Assembly (NCBI GenBank): GCA_044445605.1
Contig: JBIOEA010000006.1
Location: 1,918-65,917, forward strand
Direction of reading: 5' to 3'
Source: Gammaproteobacteria bacterium
GTDB taxonomy: Bacteria > Pseudomonadota > Gammaproteobacteria > JABCZS01
DNA length: 64,000 nt
Shown here: positions 57,601 to 64,000 of the stretch, piece after piece
Numbering within the stretch: the first letter of the stretch is position 1
How the letters are laid out: the number at the start of each line of letters is the position of its first letter
The notes under the pieces: model-generated
Told to the model about the DNA's origin: nothing
Databases searched by the model: none
What the model saw: the letters and a program-made list of their open reading frames with translations, nothing else
Program-made: the position numbers and the translations under genes

Positions 57601-58934
57601 AAATTCCTGCAGAGCATGAACTGATGAGCCATATCTTGCCCAGGATCCCCCCACAGACAATTTCTAAATTATTAAAGGCCAAGGACGCCGGAGCAGAACG
57701 CTCACTTATCTTAGAATGGTTTGAAGAGACTTTAAACACATTAAGCATCTTCAAGTTTTTAAATATACCTGAATCAAGCAAAAAACCTGTTTTATTATCG
57801 ATTTTATTATCGTGTCAACCTTTATTAAAAGATGACGGAGAAAAAGCTGCTGTGCACTCGGCTATCCTTATTCTAAGCGGAAAGAATCATGCACCTAATG
57901 CCGATAAAACAACATTAGAAAAAAACCATCCCCTTGAAAACGCTGACCCAACGTATATAAGAAAGTTGTTAACGCTTTATTTTACAACCCGCCTCAATGA
58001 ATTTACCATCAAAACTCGGGCGCGTGTTAATGACTTTTTAACTGAACACAGCGAATTGGTTATAATACTGCATGCTTTAACGGATGATGAGTTAAAGGTT
58101 GTGAATCATCTTTGTACCTTCGTGCCATTACATAAAAATCCAACAGAAGCCAATGATTGCTCCTATCTCTTTGTGCAATCACTTCATATTATTTCATCTC
58201 TTAGAGATAGCGCTGATATTGAAGGTAAGTTTATAAATGAATTAATAGACATTGATAATAACTTAACGAGGAATATTGATAATCCTGATTACCATCTCGA
58301 TATGGGCTTCAAAAGATTTCAGGCTTATCGGGAACGCTTCAGATTGGTTAACACTCTCATCCAAGCTAAACGTAACCTTGAATCAACAAGCCCAAACCCA
58401 TTATCCAATGTTGCTGAAAAAATTGCTGGCGAAGATGGGTTATTATTTGCCATTGGTAAAGCCAGCAAAGTTTGCCATGCGGTGTGTGATATCGGCGATT
58501 CACATCGTTTTCTTCTCAAGCATTTTACTGTCTTAGCTGCTACGCACAACAATGTTAAAAAATATCATACATTACCCCAAGATGTCTTGAAGGATGCCTT
58601 GAAGTTTATGCGCGAATGTCCCGCTCATATTAAAAATATGTTCGAACAAGAAGCACAAGACAAAATCTCCAAAGCTGAAACATACTTCATTGCAGATTAT
58701 AACTTTATCAGAAATGACAAGTATCCCCAATTACCCCTTTTAACAACAACGGATTGGTTCAAACTAAAGTCAACAATGATAGTAGCTTATCGACAGTCGA
58801 ATGCCATAAACACGAATGCTACTGCTGTGGGAAGCTCATCTGTATTAATCACCTATTCACCAGCCGCTCAACCTAGCGCTGGAGAAGTACCCAGGACCGG
58901 TGTCATAAGAAATCAACTGCCCAAAAATAAATAG
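51633..58934 (+). CDS. Very large hypothetical modular protein with internal repeats (candidate secreted effector)
   Basis: 2433-aa ORF; SD GAGG; same N-domain and coiled coil as the previous ORF plus repeated helical modules. Confidence 0.85.
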   Translation: MKSNTELQFIAALPLVPFAVLISRSLEATHYNELLAQLSAVRIACGSHLGIPPQLVTLKIGGIDAYKLITKTYDAPMCAPLEIHVEVSEHLSEKLLDKQKDILESACALNNSLSNINIFFQRIPPISNGQFMIEDITGKVFHPFPDKKHNNSNSKKPPYIDSGIFIYQHKIITPGLAQTIETANLGVSKNTAPTKNEALNVLAFTIKSYFIWIRSGKSLSGEMADIFVAFCNEEKYQALRRDLAKVQELPPGYTFDQLLKDIKLHPKHEEAILKSARKPIQDALDATEAEAGELKNQLLQSQEDHAATQAALAKTTAELERFKGKDTFTSLMHNLTSQQLAQVDEQRKSLKNENAELIKEKSVLEAKLLSTEKSLQASQHTVARHETASNTAEARIAELEAQLAAAKKAAETEKGKNKHLVSENTALIAKAKKSEDETKRIAEKKDAEITALTAKIRTLESGTATLFKKNHALNQKVTALEKSFTELNAPTAKKPVTATTMDIPTPASVPTVTTQPVMEPEASQTDIATTSSSIQPIETSQAILPESTTQPKNSKPALGTEEILVEIKKRLSWYLLKMFSSEDPANFPRFEKIVNEYSETPENEILSDFQHSPILKKAVTNAKTAQNLASNLQMIFAKIRAIPLNSDTAISIEELMLAIDNYIDSAFCATNTFKSTAERMGDFGTTLLLMLDFLRHTQNNAQTITIIEMFTHFLRSEKSDDIASKDAILAKLDRISSIHHHLLKHQTLISRARALFSKFLEDPQTEIDPHLLELPLDFVDFHEKLRHYNDDEFVLSKKRFCQTLAMPSSKQTANISTEQLDNILMIFKQKYRFHVVKETCFPFIQTYFETIAKKPKNKLASKKFLEKVCTTTYVAMIDALKATFPDQPPTIIFENYMYALSRWSAVSTNPKIHHDSPLFREITILLSEDFINNLKKTKTPKEQTDTVYAGISLALVEFTERKIFDIPQREQLVCLAHILAHIDVSATYLNDRIIYRMIHAGLTLGFANAPSPAVTQAPATLTTELTPSELKSMLCTYLSGCLAEQKSSAKVINEIAPFNKSIDRFRCLIQLPSYLNEQKKPGFMDMLKALPTVSTVEQAHDVATLYVSFIQSFHYLSSETVHTDFELQVFELFAALDNTTKTSILPVPERCDQLISFLRQVCDFMDAWNTYQKAYNTDDTVFINTAKKALALLDEKAVKEKLVHKLERVGKLFRFLCDNISIFTNAFKVLEDNNNKSASFNDDERHFYINLSNLIGDSKLNDPAEFCIAQQCFVKHIRLMHPSTTQIKPIHVALVLTVMNAGFSALSEKQVPLPVNVNKDALRLLSTLIEANIKRLHHENPEALNQFMSKNYPEKPDPEHLRKILVLFLIVRIQELDNPKPNQYVEALGHCYEDLGKKLKILELDKSKKGLGESIHELAKLFPLHTTVGDAENLAFFLTQGLHIMASLKGKKGDVLFTDLSNALVDLDNESQHNMESHIYDKIATVRVNYLCDRFRFIMTFLHHASLAQFKNTRHLGVISHDIVTELTNEKNMQPLQWMFTVVGDTHRYLFNHIDTILEALKRLQHQQPFDDKIMKFYESCPKVIQNSDGTSKAEKYFLADIERLAQVSGSSCPSLSSEQWMTLKKALNTTAHKTWSPSDEIKDALAWHIMKSVTDHTCSLEPLRTHYREQALAPKHEKHKEALALLPAEITANINAANIFAADVKMILRYIVNVPSKADIKDTLINFILTMDKDHDSFYCASGKTLPVNQRLASIRSPLGHLLSFLKLTDNHAQHIILIEKLITMMEGTTEENNTTMSLLHAKMEHIGNIHHHFFTHKSVIFALINHSTGMTDPDKIAVITPAMTELNKDEKVFMEGLKFPPSITKEDEKQYIEAYNDAKSRFLNTLLLITQREKNATTQTMSSVELDNALDLLARKQQVTLACETCHPILRTYLGSTITPKKTRNTFESMITALKKASPESDHDVIIFNFIYACRRWTFLSEKHGYKKIPAEHELMSHILPRIPPQTISKLLKAKDAGAERSLILEWFEETLNTLSIFKFLNIPESSKKPVLLSILLSCQPLLKDDGEKAAVHSAILILSGKNHAPNADKTTLEKNHPLENADPTYIRKLLTLYFTTRLNEFTIKTRARVNDFLTEHSELVIILHALTDDELKVVNHLCTFVPLHKNPTEANDCSYLFVQSLHIISSLRDSADIEGKFINELIDIDNNLTRNIDNPDYHLDMGFKRFQAYRERFRLVNTLIQAKRNLESTSPNPLSNVAEKIAGEDGLLFAIGKASKVCHAVCDIGDSHRFLLKHFTVLAATHNNVKKYHTLPQDVLKDALKFMRECPAHIKNMFEQEAQDKISKAETYFIADYNFIRNDKYPQLPLLTTTDWFKLKSTMIVAYRQSNAINTNATAVGSSSVLITYSPAAQPSAGEVPRTGVIRNQLPKNK

Positions 58935-58937
58935 GCT

Positions 58938-58964
58938 GTATGGGGGGACATCGTTCGCCCCTAC
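58938..58964 (-). repeat. Degenerate GTAG-tagged REP-like copy
   Basis: Reverse complement GTAGGGGCGAACGATGTCCCCCCATAC; right arm decayed. Confidence 0.7.
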
Positions 58965-59078
58965 AAGCTCATTGGCAATTTTCGAATAAAAGGTTTATTT
59001 TTTTGGAAAAGTTGCGTACAATAGCCCAATTCGAGGCCAGCCAGGCCTTGGTTTGTATTGTCAGATAAAGAGAGTAAC

Positions 59079-59354
59079 ATGGTCAAAATTCGCTTAGCCC
59101 GACGTGGCGCCAAAAAACGCCCGTTTTATCATATAGTTGTCGCTGATCAACGCGCTGCGCGCGATGGTCGTTACATTGAGCACATTGGGTTTTTCAATCC
59201 TATTGCTACTGGTAAAGACGAGCCTGTACGCATTGATCTTACCCGCGTGGACCATTGGATCGCCACGGGCGCTCAAATGACCGACCGCGTCAGAGATTTA
59301 GTACGCGTTTACCGCAAGAATCCACCTGTTGTGATTGAACGGGCTGCGAAGTAA
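59079..59354 (+). CDS. rpsP: 30S ribosomal protein S16
   Basis: [29 protein letters not shown]. Confidence 0.98.
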   Translation: MVKIRLARRGAKKRPFYHIVVADQRAARDGRYIEHIGFFNPIATGKDEPVRIDLTRVDHWIATGAQMTDRVRDLVRVYRKNPPVVIERAAK

Positions 59355-59360
59355 CGAACA

Positions 59361-59885
59361 ATGAGCAGTCTTCCCCCCGATCAATACGTCCTGGCCGGCA
59401 AAATTACCGGTGTCCATGGCGTACGGGGGATGCTTAAAGTCTTGCCGTATGCAGATGACCCAGCGTCCCTGCTACAGTATGACCGATGGTATGTCAGACG
59501 CGCCCATGAGACAACGTTATTATTGCTGGAAAAAGGCCAAGTTTATCAACAAAAAGGCCTGTTACTAAAGTTTAAAGGTTTAGATACCCCTGAGGCGAGC
59601 CGGCTTTGGGTAGGTGCTGAATTATTGCTGGACCGCTCATTACTCCCTGACCTCGAACATGGCCATTACTGGGCTGATTTAGAGGGGTTAGAGGTCTATA
59701 CGGTTGAGGGGTTGTACCTGGGCAAAGTGTCCCACCTCTTTGAAACGGGGGCCAATGATGTCCTGGTGGTAAAAGATGGGGGACATGAAGTCCTTATTCC
59801 GTATGTCCCTGGGCATATCGTGATGGAAGTGAATGAGGAAGAAGGTAAGATCGTCGTCGATTGGGAGGCTCCTGATGCGATTTGA
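59361..59885 (+). CDS. rimM: Ribosome maturation factor RimM
   Basis: GKI..HGVRG, YWADLEGL, ETGANDVLVV, LIPY, VDW. Confidence 0.96.
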   Translation: MSSLPPDQYVLAGKITGVHGVRGMLKVLPYADDPASLLQYDRWYVRRAHETTLLLLEKGQVYQQKGLLLKFKGLDTPEASRLWVGAELLLDRSLLPDLEHGHYWADLEGLEVYTVEGLYLGKVSHLFETGANDVLVVKDGGHEVLIPYVPGHIVMEVNEEEGKIVVDWEAPDAI

Positions 59886-60663
59886 CGTGGTGACCTTGTT
59901 CCCAGAGATGTTTAACGCGATCACGGCCTATGGCGTGACGGGAAGGGCTTTTAAACAGGGTTTGGCTGAGGTTCAGTTTCATAACCCGAGAGATTATGTG
60001 GGTGATTCAGAGGGGGCGAAAAATGTTTCGCCCCTACAGGCGCCCTTCCAGCGGGTTGACGATAAATCCTATGGTGGCGGCCCTGGCATGGTGATGCAGG
60101 TCGCGCCCTTGAGAAAGGCTCTCAGGGCGGCCCAGGGGGCGTTACCGAAGGCTCGGGTGATCTATTTATCGCCTCAGGGCCCTCGTTTGACGCAAACGAA
60201 AATAGAGGCTTTATTAAAATGCTCGCGCCTGGTATTATTAGCCGGTCGCTATGAAGGCATAGACAATCGGGTGTTAGAACACGATGTCGATGAAGAGCTT
60301 TCGCTGGGGGACTTTGTCCTATCTGGCGGAGAATGTGCTGCCATGTGCTTGATGGATGGTATCATCCGTTTATTGCCAGGTGTATTAGGAAGTGACGAGT
60401 CTGCTGTGGTTGAATCATTCACCCAGGGCTTACTTGACCACCCCCACTACACGCGGCCAGAAACGATTGATGGCCAGTCGGTCCCACCTGTGTTGTTAAC
60501 AGGTGACCATGCACAAGTAGCGCGATGGCGTTTACAGCAACGTTTGTGGCTTACATACCATAAACGGCCGGATTTATTTGCGCAATATGCGATGAATAAA
60601 GAAGAACGGCAGTTGCTAGAAGATTTTTTGAAACAACGCGGTGAAGAAATCGCAATTTTGTAG
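59875..60663 (+). CDS. trmD: tRNA m1G37 methyltransferase (contains palindromic insert)
   Basis: TLFPEMF, YGGGPGMV, LSPQG, GRYEGID, SLGDFVLSGGE, YTRP; ATG 59875 after GGAGG. Confidence 0.97.
   Translation: MRFDVVTLFPEMFNAITAYGVTGRAFKQGLAEVQFHNPRDYVGDSEGAKNVSPLQAPFQRVDDKSYGGGPGMVMQVAPLRKALRAAQGALPKARVIYLSPQGPRLTQTKIEALLKCSRLVLLAGRYEGIDNRVLEHDVDEELSLGDFVLSGGECAAMCLMDGIIRLLPGVLGSDESAVVESFTQGLLDHPHYTRPETIDGQSVPPVLLTGDHAQVARWRLQQRLWLTYHKRPDLFAQYAMNKEERQLLEDFLKQRGEEIAIL
60012..60037 (-). repeat. GTAG-tagged REP-like palindrome inside trmD
   Basis: Reverse complement GTAGGGGCGAAACATTTTTCGCCCCC; encodes GAKNVSPLQ. Confidence 0.87.
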
Positions 60664-60684
60664 GGGCGCATCATGATGCGCTCT
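60660..60684 (+). repeat. GTAG-tagged REP-like palindrome overlapping the trmD stop codon
   Basis: GTAGGGGCGCATCATGATGCGCTCT; TAG at 60661-60663 is the trmD stop. Confidence 0.8.
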
Positions 60685-60730
60685 TTTAGAACAACGCGAT
60701 GGAGACATCGTATTTTTAAGGAGTAATCCA

Positions 60731-61144
60731 ATGAATATTATAGATGCTTTCGAACAGAAGCAAATGAAAACAGACGTGCCCGTGTTTTCTGCTGGCGACA
60801 CCGTCGTTGTACAGGTCAGCGTAAAAGAAGGCGATCGCGTTCGTTTACAAGCCTTCGAAGGCGTTGTGATTGCGAAACGTAACCGCGGCTTAAACTCTGC
60901 ATTCACCGTGCGCAAAATGTCGCATGGCGAAGGCGTTGAACGTGTATTCCAAACACACAGCCCCGCCATCAAGTCGATCAGCGTTAAACGTCGTGGCGAT
61001 GTTCGTAAAGCGAAGATTTACTACATCCGTGACCTGTCCGGTAAGTCTGCTCGTATCCGTGAAAAATTGGCGAAAAAAGTATCACCAGTGGCTATTCCTA
61101 CTGTTGATGCGGCTTCCGCTGCAACGGATTCTGCCGCAGAATAA
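60731..61144 (+). CDS. rplS: 50S ribosomal protein L19
   Basis: [38 protein letters not shown]; SD AAGGAG. Confidence 0.98.
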   Translation: MNIIDAFEQKQMKTDVPVFSAGDTVVVQVSVKEGDRVRLQAFEGVVIAKRNRGLNSAFTVRKMSHGEGVERVFQTHSPAIKSISVKRRGDVRKAKIYYIRDLSGKSARIREKLAKKVSPVAIPTVDAASAATDSAAE

Positions 61145-61165
61145 CCTTCTGTTGCATTGTCTGTA

Positions 61166-61193
61166 TGAAAAGGCGCCTTCGGGCGCCTTTTCA
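61166..61193 (+). terminator. Intrinsic (probably bidirectional) terminator of the rpsP operon
   Basis: TGAAAAGGCGCC-TTCG-GGCGCCTTTTCA, 21 bp after the rplS stop. Confidence 0.85.
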
Positions 61194-61228
61194 ACTCTTA
61201 AGCCCCCTTTGAAGGGGGCTTAAGAGTT
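61193..61228. repeat. 36-bp perfect inverted repeat with CCCCCTT/AAGGGGG core
   Basis: AACTCTTAAGCCCCCTT-TG-AAGGGGGCTTAAGAGTT. Confidence 0.85.
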
Positions 61229-61288
61229 TATTTGCGCAAATCGATTTAATTAAAAATTATTGCGAATTCGCCCTCTTAAACAAACCCC

Positions 61289-61317
61289 TAGACAACTCCA
61301 AATAAAATCTATACACT
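61289..61317 (+). promoter_or_regulatory. Putative sigma70 promoter of the pentapeptide gene
   Basis: TAGACA-17bp-TACACT. Confidence 0.55.
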
Positions 61318-61351
61318 CCCCCGCACAATAACAACCATAAGGGTCTTCATT

Positions 61352-62059
61352 ATGCATACTTTTAAACTTTTTTCGCCTTTCATCATCGCAACGCTATTCA
61401 TTCACGCACCACTTGGGTTCACCTACAATGCGCATGATCTCGAATATTTCAAAAACACAAAAAATTGTGACGCCTGTGATTTCAACAACCTTGATCTCTC
61501 CCCTGCCATTCTGGGTAACGATCATTACAACGACGCTACCCTCACCGGCACGTACATGTACGGCTCCACCATCGAGAACTTACAACTTCAACATCTCAAC
61601 GCCAGTGGCATGACCGCACTCGGGCTCACGTTGCACAATAACGACCTCACCAACGCCGATTTCTCCTACAGCGATTTCCCTTACCTGAAAATAACCCCCT
61701 TTAACTACGGCACTCATCCCAGCTTCAAAGGCTCAACATTAGACTACAGCCACTTCTCCTACACCGAATTCGAAGCCCCCGATTTCAGCGGCGCTGCCAT
61801 GCGCCATGCTTCGCTCTACCATGTTCAATGGCCCAATGCCAATCTATCCGAAGCACTCCTCTCTGCCGCAGACCTAACCTTTGCAAATCTCAAAGGCGCC
61901 AATTTACAAAAAACAATCCTCACTTCCGCATTGCTTAATCATGCCGATTTGTCAGGAGCAAATTTATTGGGTGCAGAAATTACTGCGGATCAACTTAAAA
62001 AAACGAATAGTGTTTGTGAGGCGATATTGCCTGATGGGACGATTGGAGCATGTGAATAA
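61352..62059 (+). CDS. Pentapeptide repeat protein with predicted signal peptide
   Basis: Hydrophobic N-terminus, CxxCDF, A(N/D)LxxA repeats, AILPDG C-terminus. Confidence 0.9.
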   Translation: MHTFKLFSPFIIATLFIHAPLGFTYNAHDLEYFKNTKNCDACDFNNLDLSPAILGNDHYNDATLTGTYMYGSTIENLQLQHLNASGMTALGLTLHNNDLTNADFSYSDFPYLKITPFNYGTHPSFKGSTLDYSHFSYTEFEAPDFSGAAMRHASLYHVQWPNANLSEALLSAADLTFANLKGANLQKTILTSALLNHADLSGANLLGAEITADQLKKTNSVCEAILPDGTIGACE

Positions 62060-62094
62060 GGGTACGTTAATTGAATTTTGTTGAATATAACAAA

Positions 62095-62130
62095 TCCCCC
62101 CCAACCCCCCTTTTCCAAAGGGGGGGGGGA
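62095..62130. repeat. CCCCCTT/AAGGGGG-type palindromic element between convergent genes
   Basis: TCCCCCCCAACCCCCCTTTTCCAAAG(G-run)A. Confidence 0.7.
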
Positions 62131-62155
62131 TAAGAGATACATACGATGCCAGTTT

Positions 62156-64000
62156 TTATTTCCCCCTGCAGAGATAAAACCCTGCAAATCCCGCGACAAC
62201 TGCTTGCAAGGCTACCCCAAACAGATTCGGATAAATACCCAGCAATTGAATCGTCGGCATCCAGTTTGCAGTCCACACAGGCACTTTGCCCGCTTCTTCC
62301 AAACCATGCACGCCTTGTCCAACAAAGATAATCGCAAACAAGAATATTAACCACGCACTCACACGGAAGAACGATTGCAGAGGCAACTGTAAGCCAAAGC
62401 GTACCATCAGGAACACAATCGTCAACAAAATCGCCAGCGCAACACCAATGCCCAACCAAATCATGTTCAACCCTTCCGCTCCCACTTGCAAACCGAGTGC
62501 TTCATAGAACAACACGGTTTCAAACAGCTCACGGTACACCGCCAAGAATGACAACGCACCTAAGCCCCACATCGCTTCTTTATTCACGTGCTTACTGAAC
62601 TTCTCTTGCAAGTACACGCGCCAATCTCTCGCCAATTGATTGCGATGGATCCAAATGCCCACGTATAACAACATCCCCGCCGCAATAAATGCCGTCACGC
62701 CCTCGGTCAATTCGCGCATCGCCCCCGTGATCGTGATCAACGTATGCGAGGCCCACCATGTTAATGCACCCGCGAACAGCGCCAATATCCATCCCGCATG
62801 AACCACAGGCAATAAATTGCGCTTCTCACCCTTAATCAACATCACAATCAGCATGCCAACAATTAATATCGACTCCAACCCTTCACGCAATAAAATGACC
62901 AATGCACTGAAAAATACAGCTGGATCCGAAAACTCCGTCGTCGGTAATGATTTTTGAACGTCTTTTAAAATCTCAACCAACTCAGCGTACTGAACCTTCA
63001 CGTCGGCCAAAGGCTTGCCGCTCTTAACCGCTTCACGGTATGCCATCATTTTCTTTTCAATGAACAAACGATTTTCATGATCCAATACGTCTAAAACAGG
63101 CTCTGCTGTCTCAAACCCGTCCAGATACGCAGCCAATGCATACTGATACGCGCTCTTCGCATCGTTAGCTTCGTAGCTCTTCATGCTTTTCGCGAGCTCA
63201 GCCAACGTCACCACAAAAGGATCCGACCCTTTCAATGCGCCAGGATGCGCACGCAAATAGGCCAGGACATGACGCGCATCATTGCCCTGTTCATTCATCA
63301 TGCTTGCAGTCGTTGTCGTCAATGCCGTTAAATCAGGAATGAATGATTTTTTACCGGCCTCCCAAGCCTTCTCGCCCGCCGCCCAGCTCTTATCCGAATC
63401 GACCAGGCTACTGATGTAAAAAGCCAAGCTCCAGCGCTCATTCTCGGTCAGGGTCTTCGCGTACGACACCATGCCCGTACCTTCCACACCCAATGTAATC
63501 GTGTTATACAACGCAAACAAGCTGAGTTGATCCATGCGGTTATTATCATGAAAATTGGTCGGCGCAGGCTCCAATGACTTCGCTAGCACGCCATCACCCT
63601 TCCCTGTGACCCCATGGCAAGAAACACACTTCTCTTGATAGATGCTTTTGCCCAATGCCACTTCAGGTGTTTGCGATGGAACCAACGTCACCGTTAATAC
63701 CGATCTCAATGCTTTTGTCAGCGCTGCCGTTTGAACCCGCACATCAGACACCGGGGCCACACTATTAACAAGCTGTTGTAGCTCATGCGCCTGAGCGACT
63801 AAACTGGCTTTCTTTTCACTCTCGGGTAAAGCTTCCACAGCCCCTAAAATCGTCGTCGAGAACTCTTGCATCTCTTGATATTCAGATAGGTTCTTAATCT
63901 TACCCTTCTTACCAACGGCTTCTTCGTAGTCAACCCCAACGTAATCAACCAGTTGCAATAACTGTGGCGCCGAAATAGGGTTAGCCCATAAAGGTAAAGC
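62156..64000 (-). CDS. Cytochrome c / FTR1-family iron permease fusion (5' end outside window)
   Basis: DYVGVDY, CVSCHG haem motif, REGLE and RELFE (RExxE) motifs, multi-TM; frame open to 64000. Confidence 0.92.
   Translation of the reverse strand, partial: ALPLWANPISAPQLLQLVDYVGVDYEEAVGKKGKIKNLSEYQEMQEFSTTILGAVEALPESEKKASLVAQAHELQQLVNSVAPVSDVRVQTAALTKALRSVLTVTLVPSQTPEVALGKSIYQEKCVSCHGVTGKGDGVLAKSLEPAPTNFHDNNRMDQLSLFALYNTITLGVEGTGMVSYAKTLTENERWSLAFYISSLVDSDKSWAAGEKAWEAGKKSFIPDLTALTTTTASMMNEQGNDARHVLAYLRAHPGALKGSDPFVVTLAELAKSMKSYEANDAKSAYQYALAAYLDGFETAEPVLDVLDHENRLFIEKKMMAYREAVKSGKPLADVKVQYAELVEILKDVQKSLPTTEFSDPAVFFSALVILLREGLESILIVGMLIVMLIKGEKRNLLPVVHAGWILALFAGALTWWASHTLITITGAMRELTEGVTAFIAAGMLLYVGIWIHRNQLARDWRVYLQEKFSKHVNKEAMWGLGALSFLAVYRELFETVLFYEALGLQVGAEGLNMIWLGIGVALAILLTIVFLMVRFGLQLPLQSFFRVSAWLIFLFAIIFVGQGVHGLEEAGKVPVWTANWMPTIQLLGIYPNLFGVALQAVVAGFAGFYLCRGK

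Noticed and set aside
62067-62459. Small ORFs spanning the pentapeptide/FTR1 junction
   Set aside because: Overlap FTR1 and read through the C/G palindrome; no recognisable protein features

Overview
Gammaproteobacterial chromosome segment; gene order and the effector-like genes suggest Legionellales/Coxiellaceae, but this is inference. Minus strand 1-16.6 kb is the dcw cell-wall/division cluster (mraZ-rsmH-ftsL-ftsI-murE-murF-mraY-murD-ftsW // murG-murC-murB-ftsQ-ftsA, no ddl), split between ftsW and murG by two antisense Hanks-type protein kinase paralogs. Next come a carbamoyltransferase, a short darP, rlmKL, a ~6,870-aa TpsA-type exoprotein with no adjacent transporter, hipBA with three operators 50 bp apart, yraN-lpoA / rsmI-diaA-dolP-pyrF, two large paralogous modular proteins of unknown function (1221 and 2433 aa), rpsP-rimM-trmD-rplS, a pentapeptide-repeat gene and a cytochrome c-FTR1 iron permease cut by the window edge. 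The most notable signal is a ~25-bp GTAG-tagged palindromic repeat (GTAGGGGCGAA..TTCGCCC) with six copies. Three lie inside conserved genes (murG, rlmKL, trmD) without breaking the frame, all in the same orientation on the mRNA. One supplies the trmD stop codon and two are intergenic.
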